64,000 nucleotides of DNA from Owenia fusiformis. Lineage: Eukaryota. The stretch spans positions 36,828,001 to 36,892,000 of the forward strand of contig CAIIXF020000001.1 in assembly GCA_903813345.2 (NCBI GenBank). The letters run 5' to 3'. Positions 24,201 through 39,200 of the stretch are shown here, in pieces (within the stretch, counting starts at the first letter, position 1; each line of letters begins with the position of its first letter). The notes under the pieces were generated by a model that worked only from the letters and a program-made list of their open reading frames with translations, made no database searches and was not told the origin of the DNA. Both the position numbers and the translations under genes were made by a program.

Positions 24201-27200
24201 ACAGCATATACACTATAGGATGTCCAAAAAGATGTAACTCACATTCAGTTTAAACACATATGACTTTTGGGACACCCTGTTTAAAATAATACACTAGTAT
24301 CCTATACAATTCTAATTATTAAATGAACACACAGTGACAGTATACCTACACTACATAGTATTTAATATTAGGGGGTGCATATACTAACCAATATACTCAA
24401 TTTCATCATCTACATTTTGACTATTTTGCACTTCTTCTATTAAATCTAGTACTGCGGTCGCAAAAATATAAAACATTAGCATTATTTTATATTTCAAAAC
24501 TATTGATAATCATTTTAGATTATTGAAATATTATAAGTTGAGTTGATAATCATATGATTATGGCAGCTTTATCCCACTACACAGCCAATATAATTCGACG
24601 CCGTTTCGGCATCGAACAAATTCGGCACCGTTCCGGCACCGTTTCGACACCGTTCCGGCACCAAACCTTTCAACACCAAAATTTGCTACCGGACTAGTCA
24701 GTCCATTTGGTGCCGAGACGGCACCGAAATTTGGCACCGAAACGGCGTCGAAAATCAGATTGCATTTTGGGGGTGTACTGTCATGACACATTTTGGATAT
24801 CTTCAATTTAGTTTCTATACTCTTTTCTGTAGTTCATGATTTTCTATACTTAACAAATCCAAGTCACAATGTACAATTGACAGTGTCTCACAAAGTTACA
24901 TTTCATATGGTACATCTAGTATAGGGTTGTCACAATATTTTCAAATCAAAATTCCCAGTATTATCAGATTTAAGTATCAATAAAAAATTTCAAAATATTT
25001 AAGAATTATGCAGTCCTTCAATGTCAATTTGTTAAGAGCCTATTATTCATGGCAACAGTTTTTCTTATTTCATTTATTTTTTAAATGAGTTGTCCAACTT
25101 TTAATTTCAAAATTTCATTCACTTAAAACTCTCTGAATTCAAGAATTCCCTGAGAATTTTAGCCACTCTAAGATTTCCTATTTTTAAAATTGTCACAAGA
25201 AAGGATTCTGGTTTTCCTCAAGTTGCCTGATCATGACAACCCTGATTTTACAGCAATATGATTTTAAAGCACCCTGGAATGGTAAATACCTCTTCCCTCA
25301 TTCTTGTGTTAGAACATGCAATAGCTGATGTAAACAGACCCATTTGAAGCAAGATGAGGCAAATGATTTGCGAAAGTGACAGTTTACAATTCCATGCGAG
25401 TGAATGAATAGCAGAAACCTTGTTAAAATGTTAATGCAAAATAGTCAATTTCAACACTTTAATATAAAGTCAAATTTCTACTGTTAATTTAATGAGCTAA
25501 CAATAGTATACTAGATATTCTTTTAATTAATCAATGATATAGACATCATAGACCCAAGAATCAATCTAATAATAATGTTGATATAAAGTTGTCATGAAAA
25601 ATGGAATTGACATCTTACTCATAATAGAGTTGTACATTTAAACTCAAATCTTAAATGATTGTGTTACATTATTCATTTGAATGTAAGAAGTACAAGAAGT
25701 ATAGGTGATTTTAATTCATTAGATTTTCTCTGTAATATAATACTATGGACATTGATATAGGTCTAAACTTAATTGCAGTGGAATTCATTTATGTACATGT
25801 ACTGTACTTTACAATACATTACAATTTAGAGGAGTTTGGCTGGAGCAGTCATTACCTTAGAATGTAGGGGGATTGTGCCATTTCTTGTTTGTGCACATTC
25901 TGCTTATTTCAATAGCTAAAGAATAGAGGGTTGTGCTTTATGTGAGGGAATAAAAGGTGTCACTCAAGTAAAATTTCATTTTTCCACGTTTACGTGAGGG
26001 TTGCACTGATATAACATATGCGTTGAATGGTGATATTTCAAATTGACTGATGCAGTCATGTTGAATCTACCAGCCAGGCACCTTCACCCTCTTATGAGCT
26101 TATTATACTTGAGTGAAACCAACTAAATATGCAGCTGCTATGGGACCTACCGCTGAGCGTGCGAAATAATTCAGGTTTGTCATCCACTGTCACAACACTC
26201 TCTACTTCTATGCTAGGTGGACGTTCTAATAGAGTCTTGGAATTTGCTTCTGTGACCCAAGTAACAGTGCCCTTGGAGCTGGAGAATGAATCTGTAGTTG
26301 AGTCCAGTAATATATCACTCTCTGTTACTTCCAAGGCTTGCCCAGATGCATCGTCTAGTTTTGGTTCTATGTACCATATAGAGTTTTTGGGCTGCCCATC
26401 GTTAGACACTGGGGTGACTGGGGTCACATCTGAAATGTCCTTGACCTTACCTGCATCTCCTTCCTGTTTGCTAAATAACCCACTGGAAAAATCAACAAGG
26501 TTTGTTAGTGGCGTTGTGCTCGCTAGTGAGCCGATCGATGATGCCACTGATGCCACTGAGTTCCCTAATGTTCCCACCGAGGAACCTATAGATTTCAAAA
26601 GTTGTTTTGGAGGTGATACACCTGTTGTGATTCCTCCATCCATTCCAGGAGATCTCTCTGTATTGCCATTTTCTTCAATCCCTGATTGTGATGGCACATT
26701 GCCTTGGTTTATGTCACAACCTTCGCCCCCTACATTAACAGGAATGGACTCCTCCATATTGCCAAAATGGAAGTGTTCGGCACTATTCACTTGAGTTGCC
26801 GAAACTGAATTGTTTTGTGGAATGACCTCGTTGGTATTTGCATTTTCATTTGCACTCTCACCTTTCTTTTCATTAGCACCAATTGTTGGTTCAGAGTCAA
26901 CTTTTGTTTCATTTACTGCACTTTCCTCCAAGTTGCCCTTTTCATCATTGAGGGTATTCGAATCTGAATGTGAATCTGATTTACGATTGGTCAAGTCTAT
27001 ATTTGCTGCTGGGTCACTTGCACCACATGAACAGCTTTTCTCCCTTGGTGGTTCATCCGTCTGCTCCTTATTGCCGTCTGCAAAAAATCAATGTCAAGGT
27101 CAAACATAACACCATCACCATTAAGCTAGAATCACTAGAACAAATTGATAGGAAGGGTTGGGAGTAATAAATAATTGTATTTGCAAATAGGATAATTTCA

Positions 27201-30200
27201 ATTTTGGGTAAGCAAGTAAGCAGCTGCATGGTAGTGTCAATCAACCAATCAATAAATCAACCGATCAATCAATCAATCATCAATTAGGTCAAGGTGGGGA
27301 ACTAAGCTACTACCCATCTTCGCCCAATCAACAGAGTAAGACAAGCGGCTACAACAAGAAAATGGTCACTAACTCACACCAAAGAAACACCCTCATTACA
27401 TATAACATGCCAATTCACCATCACCTTTATTTTTTCCTATGAAATTTATAACTGTTATTATCTTCTCTCATGTATTGTACATATTACACAATATCTGTAA
27501 TAAAACTTATGTTAAGAAGCGAGAAAGTACTTATTCTTTATACTAAATCCATTCAGTCCTGGCTTTCAGTATGTTCATACATATGAACATGGTGTGTCAA
27601 TTAAGTTGTCTCCAAATCACCAGACATTCATTGGTCTACCAATTAATTATTTGAAACTAGACCACTAATGTTTGTATTTTTAAAGGCAATCTGCTATACA
27701 GCTGACAATAATATGTTGTGAAGTGATCAAGTTTCTGAATATGTTCATTAGCAACTTGATAACTTAACATCAATAATTGTAAGTTGAAGCATACTAGACT
27801 ATAATATGACATAATAAAAATATTACATGTACTTATATTATAGTTAAGGAATTATGTAATGCACTCATCCAATTGACTTGGAGTTGAACTCCCCTGGAAA
27901 GTTCGGGTAAGGTAGGCACAAAGCAATACTAATTGCAAGACAACAACCTGCAAAGTTGACTGACTACCTGTGAAGAAAATATACCTGATTCTCTCATAAA
28001 TACACTTATTTCATATATTTTTAGAGTAATTCATGTTTGATTTCAAAGATTTCAAACACCTGTGTTTACCACCAATGAGGGGGCTGCAGGGTGAATTTGC
28101 ATGTGCATGATATTAGTACTGTGGTAAAAAGTCAAGTGGAACACTTCTGTTAGTGGAACACCTCACATGATATTACTATTATATAAAAAAACTGCCAAGT
28201 GGAACACCTTTGAAAGTGAAACGCCTCACAAGTGGAACAGATTTTTAAAATCCTGTGACACAAACAAAGTGACTTCATGTAATTGAACCATCCTTAGAGA
28301 ACATTCTTTGTGGTTCCAAGGGAGTTCCACTTTCACATGATTTGTAGTACTCTGTTTGATATGAAGCTCCAAGTAATGAGACTGATTCCACATTCTACTC
28401 AGCCTACCTAAAAATCACCCATCTCTGTAATGGGAAATGTCTCTTAACTATTGAAGTGATCAAGGCCATAAATAGTGGTTAGCTATAAATTGATTATTGT
28501 GATTTAATTTTATGTTACTTATCATAGGAAAGTGGCAAATTGCTGGAAAATTGAATAATCTAATGAAGGCTTCTATTTATGAAGATTTGCGGACAGCTAT
28601 ACCTATATTACATACAAATGATGGCATTAGCGCTAGCTAAAATCATTTAATGAACAACATGATACAACAGAGGAAAACATTCTTAATAAGAATCTGAATC
28701 AAAAAAGGAATAAACATATAAATATTTGTATATTCGATACAATTCAACTCAATTTTAAATTATATTCAAATGGAAATTTCAAAAAATAGAAATAAGAATA
28801 CTATTAAACAAAAAAATAAAATGATGAGTAGACACAAACAATATACAGAAAGACAATTTTTACACCATGCCAAGGAATAATATAATGCTGATACACAACC
28901 CCCCCCTCCATGAAGTTATTAACTGGACCACACCATTGGACAGTGTGTTGAAGCCTGTAAGTGAATATTCAAGGGATCAAACTTAACTACAGACTTTAAC
29001 ATATGGTTAAAAGGGGCTTCTGATTGCCATACTTTGGAGGGGAGTGTAAGCAACAAAATATAATAGATCCAAATGCATCAATGCATCAACTTTGTTCAAA
29101 ATACCTGATTTTTCTTGTGTTTCTTCCTCTTTATTATTTCCTTTTTCACTGGCAGTATTTTTGTCATTGCTACTTTCTTTGGAAGTATATAACGGACAGT
29201 CCTTTGCATGGTACACCTCAGATTTCTTCCTAACCTCACCTCTGAAGATCATTAGAAGGCAATGTATGCAAGATATAATAGAATATCATTCAATGGTTAA
29301 ATTTCTAGTGATCTGATTGGATCATGTGACGAAAAAACATCACACATTTTAAAAATTGTGTCTTCGAAAAAATATTTTTTGTATTGTACTCAATTATTTT
29401 TAGCATTCTTCATGAAATTTTCAACTGGTTTATTACAAAGAGAAATTAACCAATAATATAGTTTATTAATATTACACCTCATATTTTTTAGTTATAATAA
29501 TTAATTTTTACTTAATGTTGGTTGCATCGAGATATGGTAAAATGGGTCATTTCAGTCAATTTAGAGACTGCTGATAGACTCATATTGTAAACTTACTGAT
29601 CTTTTGCACTTCGAATCCTCATAGCAGCTATATCATGGTACATTGCTGCACTAATAATAGTCTCCATTGGGGCTATCATCCCATACGCATCAGCCCCACT
29701 CTCTATGACTAGGGGGTCAGACACATTGGGATCAAACATTACAGCATTTGGGGTAACTAGTAACACTCCATTCACCACTCCCTGAAAATATTCGAGTATT
29801 TCTATGGCTACTTCATATGTTTCATTTTTTTAATTCAAGTACTACTATATGATGGCTTGACAAACAAAAAGTCGTGAATAATTAAAAATATATATATATG
29901 TTTATTTAAACTTCAGATGCCCCAAGAAAATGTTATCAATTTTGGTAATGTATGTTCAAAGAACATATACCAGTATATGATTAACATGTCATCTTATAGC
30001 CAGTTCATGATATACCTCAGGTCCTCAGGCAGATAAGTTATATTAACTTCAGGATTATCCCAATATCCTGAACCTCATATAGGATAATCTCTATGAACAT
30101 TATAATATAACAAGCAGCTAGACTTCTAAGGGTGTACACTTTCTTATTTAGTAATTCTATATACCTGCCCATCTGTGATATGTTTAACATTGATTTTGAT

Positions 30201-33200
30201 GAAACGTGCATAGCACTCCTGGTCTAGTTTCTTGGCATCGTCTTCACTGAGTGGTTTGGGGGCTGCTGGCTCAGGAATACTGTCAGTGAAGACTCGCTCA
30301 GCATGACCCGGACTCTTTAACGGAGGTGGACTTTTAAGCTAAAATAATGTTTTATGTATAAGATATATAATATTGTTATACATGTATTTCGAAACATCTA
30401 TTGCAGATTTTAGGAAACCAGGAATATGTATCAGCACACTAGATCAAAAAAAAACATGCATTGGTATGAAGAATGAATATTTCCAATGTCTTTTACTTAA
30501 TGTGAATAATTCACCAAACTTGGCAAAACTAACCAAGAGAAAAAAATTCAAACAAAGGAACATTGGGTTTAAACCAGAAGGTCGACTCACATTCCTAAGC
30601 TACTTAGGGAGCATGTCAATATTTTTTCATGTTGTACCACAACTCATATAATTATATCTTAGATTGACAACCTCCCTTCCAAAAAACATATTTATGTTTT
30701 GTTTCATCATTGCTCTTTCAAATAATTATGACCTCTAGCAAAGCATGACTGGACATTAAACCTCCACCCCATAAATAATTGTGTTTGTATACATCAATGT
30801 ATTGACATGTCTCTTAACAGACATGTGAACAGAACATAATTGCTCACCTTGTTATTTGTTGGACTAGATTTGTTTGGCTCATCAGGTGTAGGAGGATCAC
30901 TGGGAACATAATCCTTATCTGGTATATAAATTGTCTGCAATATAGAGAAACATTGTGTTAACACACACACACTAGTCTGACTTCCCATTGGATGGCATGT
31001 TAAAGATAGTTTGTGTTTGCATTCGAATCTCAAATTACATTGGGTTGAAATATCTGATGACTTTCGTTCAACTCACCAAACATGCACAGATTTTACCAAT
31101 GCCTAATAGGGAGTTAGTGCTGCCAAAGAAATTGAGGGAAATACATTGTATGTACTTACCTGTCCTGGGAAGACCATTCGTAGATGTAACTTGTTAAGTT
31201 TGATCAGATTTGTAGGTGTGGTGTCAAATCTTGCAGCTATGCCCTCTAATGTGTCGGATGTCGTCACCTGAAAAACAGGTATACAGTGTATTCCTTAAGA
31301 TCATATGAATACTTTGATGGATCAAGGTACAAAGGGTCATTATTTTACATAAGACATGTAGTTGGAATATTACAGGAGGGTCTATACTTCAAATAGGTTG
31401 TAGTAGTACAAATGCATGTAGGTTTTTACAGAAGTTTGAACATTGAAAAGAATAACAGCTAGACATATTAAGAAAATGTAGTGTTTGTGATTAGATATAG
31501 CCCAGATTAGAAGAAAAATGAGTATGGGCATAAAGTCTGTAAATACAACCAGATCTGTCATGACATCATGTCACCCAAGTTTGTCCAATCATTAAATGGC
31601 AAACATGTGATATATAAATGATATAATCGATCGTATATTCAAAGAATTACAGTCTGTGTCTGGTAACATTAACACTGTAATTAAGGAGAACCTTACATCC
31701 AGGCAGGTGCCAATACTATTGATCTCATTCTGACCTGTATGTTATTACATCATGCAACAAATGAGTATACCATGACATTTAAAGACTAGGCATTTACATG
31801 CAAAATGTCATCACCTGCCATTTATTACAGACACTGACTGGTGACCATGGAACGCAAACCACCGACCACCGTCCACAAAAAAGTTGGAGACTAACAATAT
31901 GTTGCCACTTCTTGTGGTGACATAACAAGATAAAAACATGACATGCACATAGTATCTAAGTGCAATTAATTTTATTTGTTATAATGGTGATCGATATTGC
32001 CCAAGATCTGAAGATGTCTACACATAGAGAAAAGGGAGGCAATTTCGCCCATGTAGCTAATAGTCAGACAAATGGCTGCATTGTCGGATAATTACCTACA
32101 TGAACAAGATTGCCTCCCCATCCTCTATGCGGTTAGATTAGTCAATTTAACCATCCATCATTTTAATGTGGCATTGTTGCATAAAGTTACCCGATATAAC
32201 TAGGGATATTTAACTCGGAAGTGGAAAATAATTTTATTTTATTTATACAGAATTCACATTCAGATGAAAGGGGAGGGGATTTCAGAGACTTAATGCAAGA
32301 CTATGTACTCACATCGTAAGGAATGGTGCCTTTTGGTTGAGTGACATGTCGTTTCTTCTTCTCAATATCTTTACCTCCATTACTTTCATTACCTCCGACT
32401 TCTGAAAAACATAAAAAACATCAATAATGAGTTTTCTGTATTATTGTATTATGTGTACTTCAGGGTTCAATCAATTTATAAAATATTAATAATAATGATA
32501 GTGTCTATGTTTTAAACATATCATGCATTTTGGGCATATCATTGTTTTACACTAGTTCAAGCAAGATTCTAAATTCTGCATGATCACCTCTCAAGCTTGG
32601 AAAGCTGCTAACCGCACTGACACCAAGTTTACTTTTATAAGTCTTTAGAGGGTCTAATACTGGAGCACTCCGACTACTTAACAACCCTAACTTGCCATCA
32701 GGGCCTATTTTTAGAGTGTATTTAACTGATTCTGGTTCTGATGGCTTCTCTAGTTTTGTGTTCATATCTACCATTTGTTTGAGGGTCCTTTCAGACATTG
32801 GACTCATAACCTCAGATAATTCAGGTTCAATTGTGCCTAACATTAAGTGAAGAGGATCATGTATGTCAGCCCCATGATTTTCTTTATAACTATCATTACT
32901 TTGGAGTTTTTCACCAGGGGCTGCAGATGTGTCAGGTTCATTGACAGGAGAATCACTCAAAGTAACATTAGCTTTAGTGGGGGTTCTAAAAACGTCATGC
33001 TCAGGTAAAGAAACAATAGAGTCCTTAGGCTTGTTTTCATTTATAACATCGTTTGTATCATTTATAGCATGATGATCTTTTTTTAGACCAGAGTTCATGT
33101 TTTCATCAATATGTCTTTTATGTACTGCAGCTATTGGGTGTCTTTCTGCCCCTGGCTGAGATATACTTTTCAACAAATCTATATCGACATCCATGTTAAC

Positions 33201-36200
33201 GTTCTTATGATTCAGGTCCAGGATCAAGTTTCATCTAATGATCTTTGAAATATTGACCAATGGAGAACCAAACAGAATATAATAACAAGAAACATGAACA
33301 AGTCAATCTATTGTATCTATCTGACAATTCAAATTGCGTCAAAACATTCCATTGTTTAGATAAGAGTTAAGGTGAGAGAGTATGCTATAAAAGCTTTGAT
33401 CCCATCTGCTGGAAAAGCAGATATAGATTATGTATATACCTTTGACCTGAAATCAATGAAATTGCATGATTTACGCAAGACAGTTGAATATTAGACAATA
33501 TTATCGAGCAAATGTTCATTTAAGTTCATCAGTTCCTCTTACATCCATTATTTTGTCAATAATGCCATCATTTCTCTATTTTCCTGTCTGAGAGTGACTA
33601 TGCTCAACTCTAAGCGACAATATCCTACACAGATCTATCGAGGAAGGTAGTTTAAGTGAGTTATACCAACACTCCTCAAACTCACAATGATAACTTATGC
33701 TAGAAAATCGATTCTAATCCAAAACCTTCTTTTATGTTTTCCTTAGTGTTCAAACAAAGTTTCCATGTCGTCATTCCACGTTTAAAAGTGGTTCCTGTGA
33801 TCTTATAAGTATCCTACTTGGGTAATGCAACATTATACTAAATTAGCAGCAAAACAGATGCCAATTTCCATCGGTTTCTTAAGTCAATTCTTAGGAGGTG
33901 GTTCACGCATATGGATCATTTCATTGTACTCTGAACACACTTTGAGATAAAATGTATTGTTGTCCTGCAATAAGGCAACATGTTGATCATGCTTTAACAT
34001 GAAAATTATGCAAGAAAGAGTGAAATTACCCTAAAGTATCGAGTAAAAATAAGGACATTGACATTGCTTAATTATATTATATGCTATAAAAATAGGTAGG
34101 CGGTTCATTTATTCAACAAAAGAGGAAACAAATTTATGTTTGAATGATATTTTACAAAAGAGGTTGTCCGTTTGTCCTCCATTTCTCATATACACTTGTG
34201 CTGAATGTTATCTTGTCTGAACAGAATGACAGGTCCCTGTATCTTATATATGTATATTCATTGTCAACACTTAAGACTTAACAGCGATAAGACAGAGAAG
34301 CACATACAGTAGAACATGTGTAAGTGGAACACCCTCCGTTCTGCCAAAAAGAGTTCCACTTAGGACTTTAAAAAAGTGTTCCACTTGCGAGGTGTTCCAC
34401 TTACGGAGGTGTTCCACTTAGCAGGTTCTACTGTATCTGTACGACTTCTATTATTATAAACCACAATTTCCAATGTATTATTTTACGGTAGTGTATAATA
34501 TTTCAAGCTTATGATCATAAATTAATTGCTCCTTTTATATTATACATTATTTCAATTGCTACTGTTTCATAAAAGATCATTTTTGCAGTATATTATTTCA
34601 ATCTGCAAATGTTATGGCAAAAAACTAATCATTTTTGTATCATTAGTGAAAAAACTCAACATTATAACTGTTTTCATTACATCTTTCTTACATTTGAATT
34701 ACCTTAGTATTCTATGTAATTTTAAAATGTTAATTTTGTATATGGATACATATATTTCAAAGAAATGACAATGCGATTTATGCTAAATAACTAGGGAATA
34801 AAAATAACAAATGAACTACATTGACATATTTACTTTTTCTGTATTCACCTTTTTTAAGAGTACAGTATGTATATATTATTTATACATGTAATAGAATTAC
34901 GCAACTATTGTGATAAAAAATACCTAGCTGAATCGATAAGGCAATCTATAAAACCTTGCCCTTTTACAAGACATCATTGTGTAATCAACTCAAACAGGCC
35001 GATATATTGATTACATTAGCTATTCTTTTCCTTAAATAAACATGAATTCTGCTGATTCTGTCACTTTCCATTGATAACATGTCACATTTCTAACCTTCAA
35101 ACATTCAATGATAACATGAGACAATCATATTAAGATTCAAAAAATAATGAACAAGGAAATATAATTAGGAAGCAAAATAAGGCATGGTCTGGTCAATACA
35201 CAGACGTGACATATTGAATATTATAACATACCTATGATGATGTATAGTGCAAAGTGTACACAAGACAGCGGGCCAATATAAGTTTTGAAAAGCCCGCGCC
35301 CGCTAACTTTCTGATTGGTCAAGGCGCTGACGTCATAACCAATCAATCGAAGATAAAACTGCGCGAGCAATTTTTCTAAACTCATTTCAATCATTTTCAA
35401 ACCATTTGCTTGTCAATTCTTTAAGAAAACGGTACTCTCTGACCAGTCTACATCATCATAGGTATGTTATAAATCGTTTATGTCACTATCGTGGCACATA
35501 TGCCCTCGGTTCTCAGAGATCAATGTCCCTCCCAAGATCGGGCCATATATCACTGAGACCTCGGGCATATATGCCACGATAGTGACATAACCTCTAAATA
35601 CTTGTATGTTACCTATGAGGACTAAATTGGTGTTTGTGAAATCATTTTAGAATACTCAAAGACTTCTTTGTATCCTCATTATGTTAACATGTGTCCATAG
35701 AAACATCAATTACTAATTGACTGGTATATAGAAACTTCATGATTTTATAATACATCGTACAAAGCACCTGAAGTATCTGTACAAATAAGAGAAATAAGCA
35801 ATACATTTACTTTGATTAATGGAAGCAGAATTTTATGACTTGTAATTGTGAAATTCATCAAACAGGATGAGCCAAAAAAGGTAACCCAAACAAATGTTAA
35901 TAACTTAGTCATCCAATATGGGTTTTAAGTCATATTTGGCACAATTACCCAAATGCGAGTAGGTAGTTACCAGTTTCACCACCAGGTGGCTGATTCGGGT
36001 CAATTAACATGGCAGGTATGTAAGAAAGTTCCCTTAAACTTGAATATTATCAATTTAAGTGGCTCAATTTTCATATAATCCTTATGTGTCTGATACTTAT
36101 ACAAATGAAAATATGTCCAGTAAAGCAAAATATTACCTGTCCACTAAAAGAAAAGATATTTCATTTTTTGTGATTTTATAGCATGGGGTCTATGGGGAAT

Positions 36201-39200
36201 CTCCCCGAGCTAGAAGTCACATTTTCAAAGAAAATTAATTTTTCGAAGTTGATAAACACTTTTCAAAACCACATTTCTAGATGTAATTTTACATGTAGAT
36301 TTCAAATATGATATTACTTTGACTGAATTTTGAATTTTTAATGACGTAAATCAAGATTATTTCTACTCGCATCTGGGTTATTGAACCTTGTTCATTGTTC
36401 TTTTTCGTTGGTCTATTCCAAATGGTCATGATTGTATGGCCATTTTAGAAAACATGTTAAAAATGCTGGTCTTGTCTTTAGAGGCAAACTTGAACGTAAT
36501 GGGTGAAGTTTTCTGACTACATGCTCACAGATATCTTGTATAATGGCTCTCTGATGCTTCTAGGGTTGTTTATGTAATATATATTATCTTTGAAAAAGTC
36601 CCGAAGATAAAATTCTGGGGTTTCATATTGGGTGATTTTGGTATGTTTCGGTATTTGGAGCATGTTTTGTAAAAAAGCCATAAAATCTTTAAAACTATTA
36701 GAAATAAACCAATGACACTTAAAGGAATGAAAGAACATCGAACAGTTCAATTGTGCCAAACATGACTTAAAGCCATTCTGGAAAACTGAGTTATTAAGAT
36801 TTGTTTGGGTTACCTTTTTTGGCTAACCTTGTAAACAAATAGATCGACCTCACAATGTTCTGGCATCAGTACTTTCAAATTATGTATTTAATGCTCATTA
36901 TTTCACATCACAAAGTATCTTGCTGGAAGTTCACATAACATAAACAGTTATTTCCTGTTCATTATCTTATAGAGGTTGCACTAACCCTTTATGGCAACTC
37001 GCATATAATGGAGATATAGAATAATAATAATGATGGATATCTTGTCATATAAATATTACTTTGGAAGAAAGGGGTGTACAACATTTATCACTCCTCTAGA
37101 ATTCCGTTTTTGGTGTGGATGGAATTGCCTTCTGAAATTTGTTGGCTAATGCAAGGATGGACAAATAGATAGTTGGATAGACAGTCAGATGTAATTGAGA
37201 AGCATTTACATTAGCAATTATGCTATTTTGCTAATCAGAATAAATATAGTATTATAACAAAACAGTCACAAGCTAACCATATGTCTGATATAAGCTTATT
37301 CAAGGAAGATAGAATATGCAGGATGCACAAGTGTATAAAAAATGCAACAAACAAATAAATTGTAAAACCACAAAACTAGCAATGACTGCATTCATTTCAT
37401 TTACTGTATCATGAAGTCATATTTCCCCTCGTATTTATTTACACGGGGTCATGGTTGGCTGAATGATAATAATCATTCCTTTTGGACAGTCATTACAAGT
37501 CAGTGTACAGGTCTGGTGTTATTGGAAGATCTCCTGACATGACTTGTGAATTTTCCTTTGGGGCTATCTCAAGAGCAAGTTTTCACTATTACCTTCATAA
37601 CATTGCAACATATCGAGAAAAATATCACCAAAAAGCTGTTGTTCTCTGCCCAAAACCTACAGATGACTCAAAGAGCTCTGTATACCATGTTCAGCACCAG
37701 GTTCATGTGCTAACTTCTCTAATGTCTAAAACTCCTTAGTCCATAGATGATTTGGCCTATTGTGCAAAGAATGATTATTCAGCAAACTATGACAAACAAA
37801 TGAAAATGAAAAGAGGATAAATATGGCTTCTTTGTACATTGAATGAAATAGATGCTGTAATCATCAGTTTTGTGGTTTTACAATTTACAGTGTATTTGTT
37901 TGTTGCCCAATATAGCTATATACCTTTTGATATCTTTCTCCTACTACAGAACTGAATTCCAAACATGTTCAAAATTGCCAGATTGAACTTTCAATCCTTC
38001 CATTTGGTCAATGAAGCATAATGGATCACATGGATGACTATGGATTGAAGGTTTCCACAGCCAATCCTGGCATTTGGCTCAATGTAACCATCCAAATTCT
38101 CCACCCTCATCTAGAATAGCATTTATCCTAGCATTTTTATCATTACTAGTGTCATCATCTCCTTATTCATGCATGTAACATATTTGAATGTCAATTTCAT
38201 TGACAATTCAGCTAGCTGTCAAGCTGACAATAGTTTTAATTAATCCAGATAACAGAAACACATTGTGACATTAGTTGTTTTGCTCCAAGAGGCCATCTCG
38301 TATACATCATCTATTTTAATCCAGAAGCATCTCGAAATGACTAGAGCTCAAAATGAAATTAATTTGAAACTGTCCAAGTATCATCTCCAGCTTATTTCAT
38401 ATAGTATGGAATGACATTTTCCTTATAAATATCCTTATAGTCATCATTACCAGTACTTGGTTTATATATAACGTGAAGTTCATTGTTTATAATATTTGTT
38501 GCATCGTCGTGATGCTATTAATAATACATCCAGGTCACACTGTTACTTATGATTATTTTCTACAATAAGCTATCAACTAGATCTCAATCTATTATTAATA
38601 AATTTAACTCATCTATATTATAATAAGTCCCAACAAACGTTAATAGTTCACAGTAAAATGTTTATGGTGAAAATAAATATACGTGTACAATTAATTAAAA
38701 TAAAACATCTTTTTAATATAGACCATAAATAGCTTGTTAAGAACAGCTGTTTTATTCATTATAAACAAACCAGGAATTATTTTTATTGATCTGACATTAT
38801 TTTTCGATTGGAATGTAGTATATGAATGAAAGATGTGAAAATATCATATGATGGCCTATTAATTGACTAGAATAATCAGGCTAATTGATTAATATTTTTT
38901 TGGCACAATTCTATTCCCTCTTTAGTTCTAGGTCAGTATTAAGTGCAATGCCGCGAGCCAAGTAAACATCCAAAATCTCAATGAAGGATTTCCCTTTTCT
39001 GAACATAAGATTCAAAAAGTGTCCAAGCAGAGGCATTAGTATTAATATTATCCCTATTAATGAAGCAATTAAGACAAGTCATCATATACATGTCAATGAT
39101 TGATTTAAGAGTAAATCTGTGCTGAGTGCAACATCCTGGTGATGAAAGGTCAAAACAAACATACCAATGTCTGTGACAGACACATCTCTACTTTTCCTTT

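Noticed and set aside
26129..27109. Plus-strand 221-aa and 99-aa ORFs
   Set aside because: They are antisense to the large OXR1 exon.
27985..27997. Tiny ATG exon MRES with a phase-1 donor upstream of the large OXR1 exon
   Set aside because: A 13-nt match is expected by chance and has no other support.
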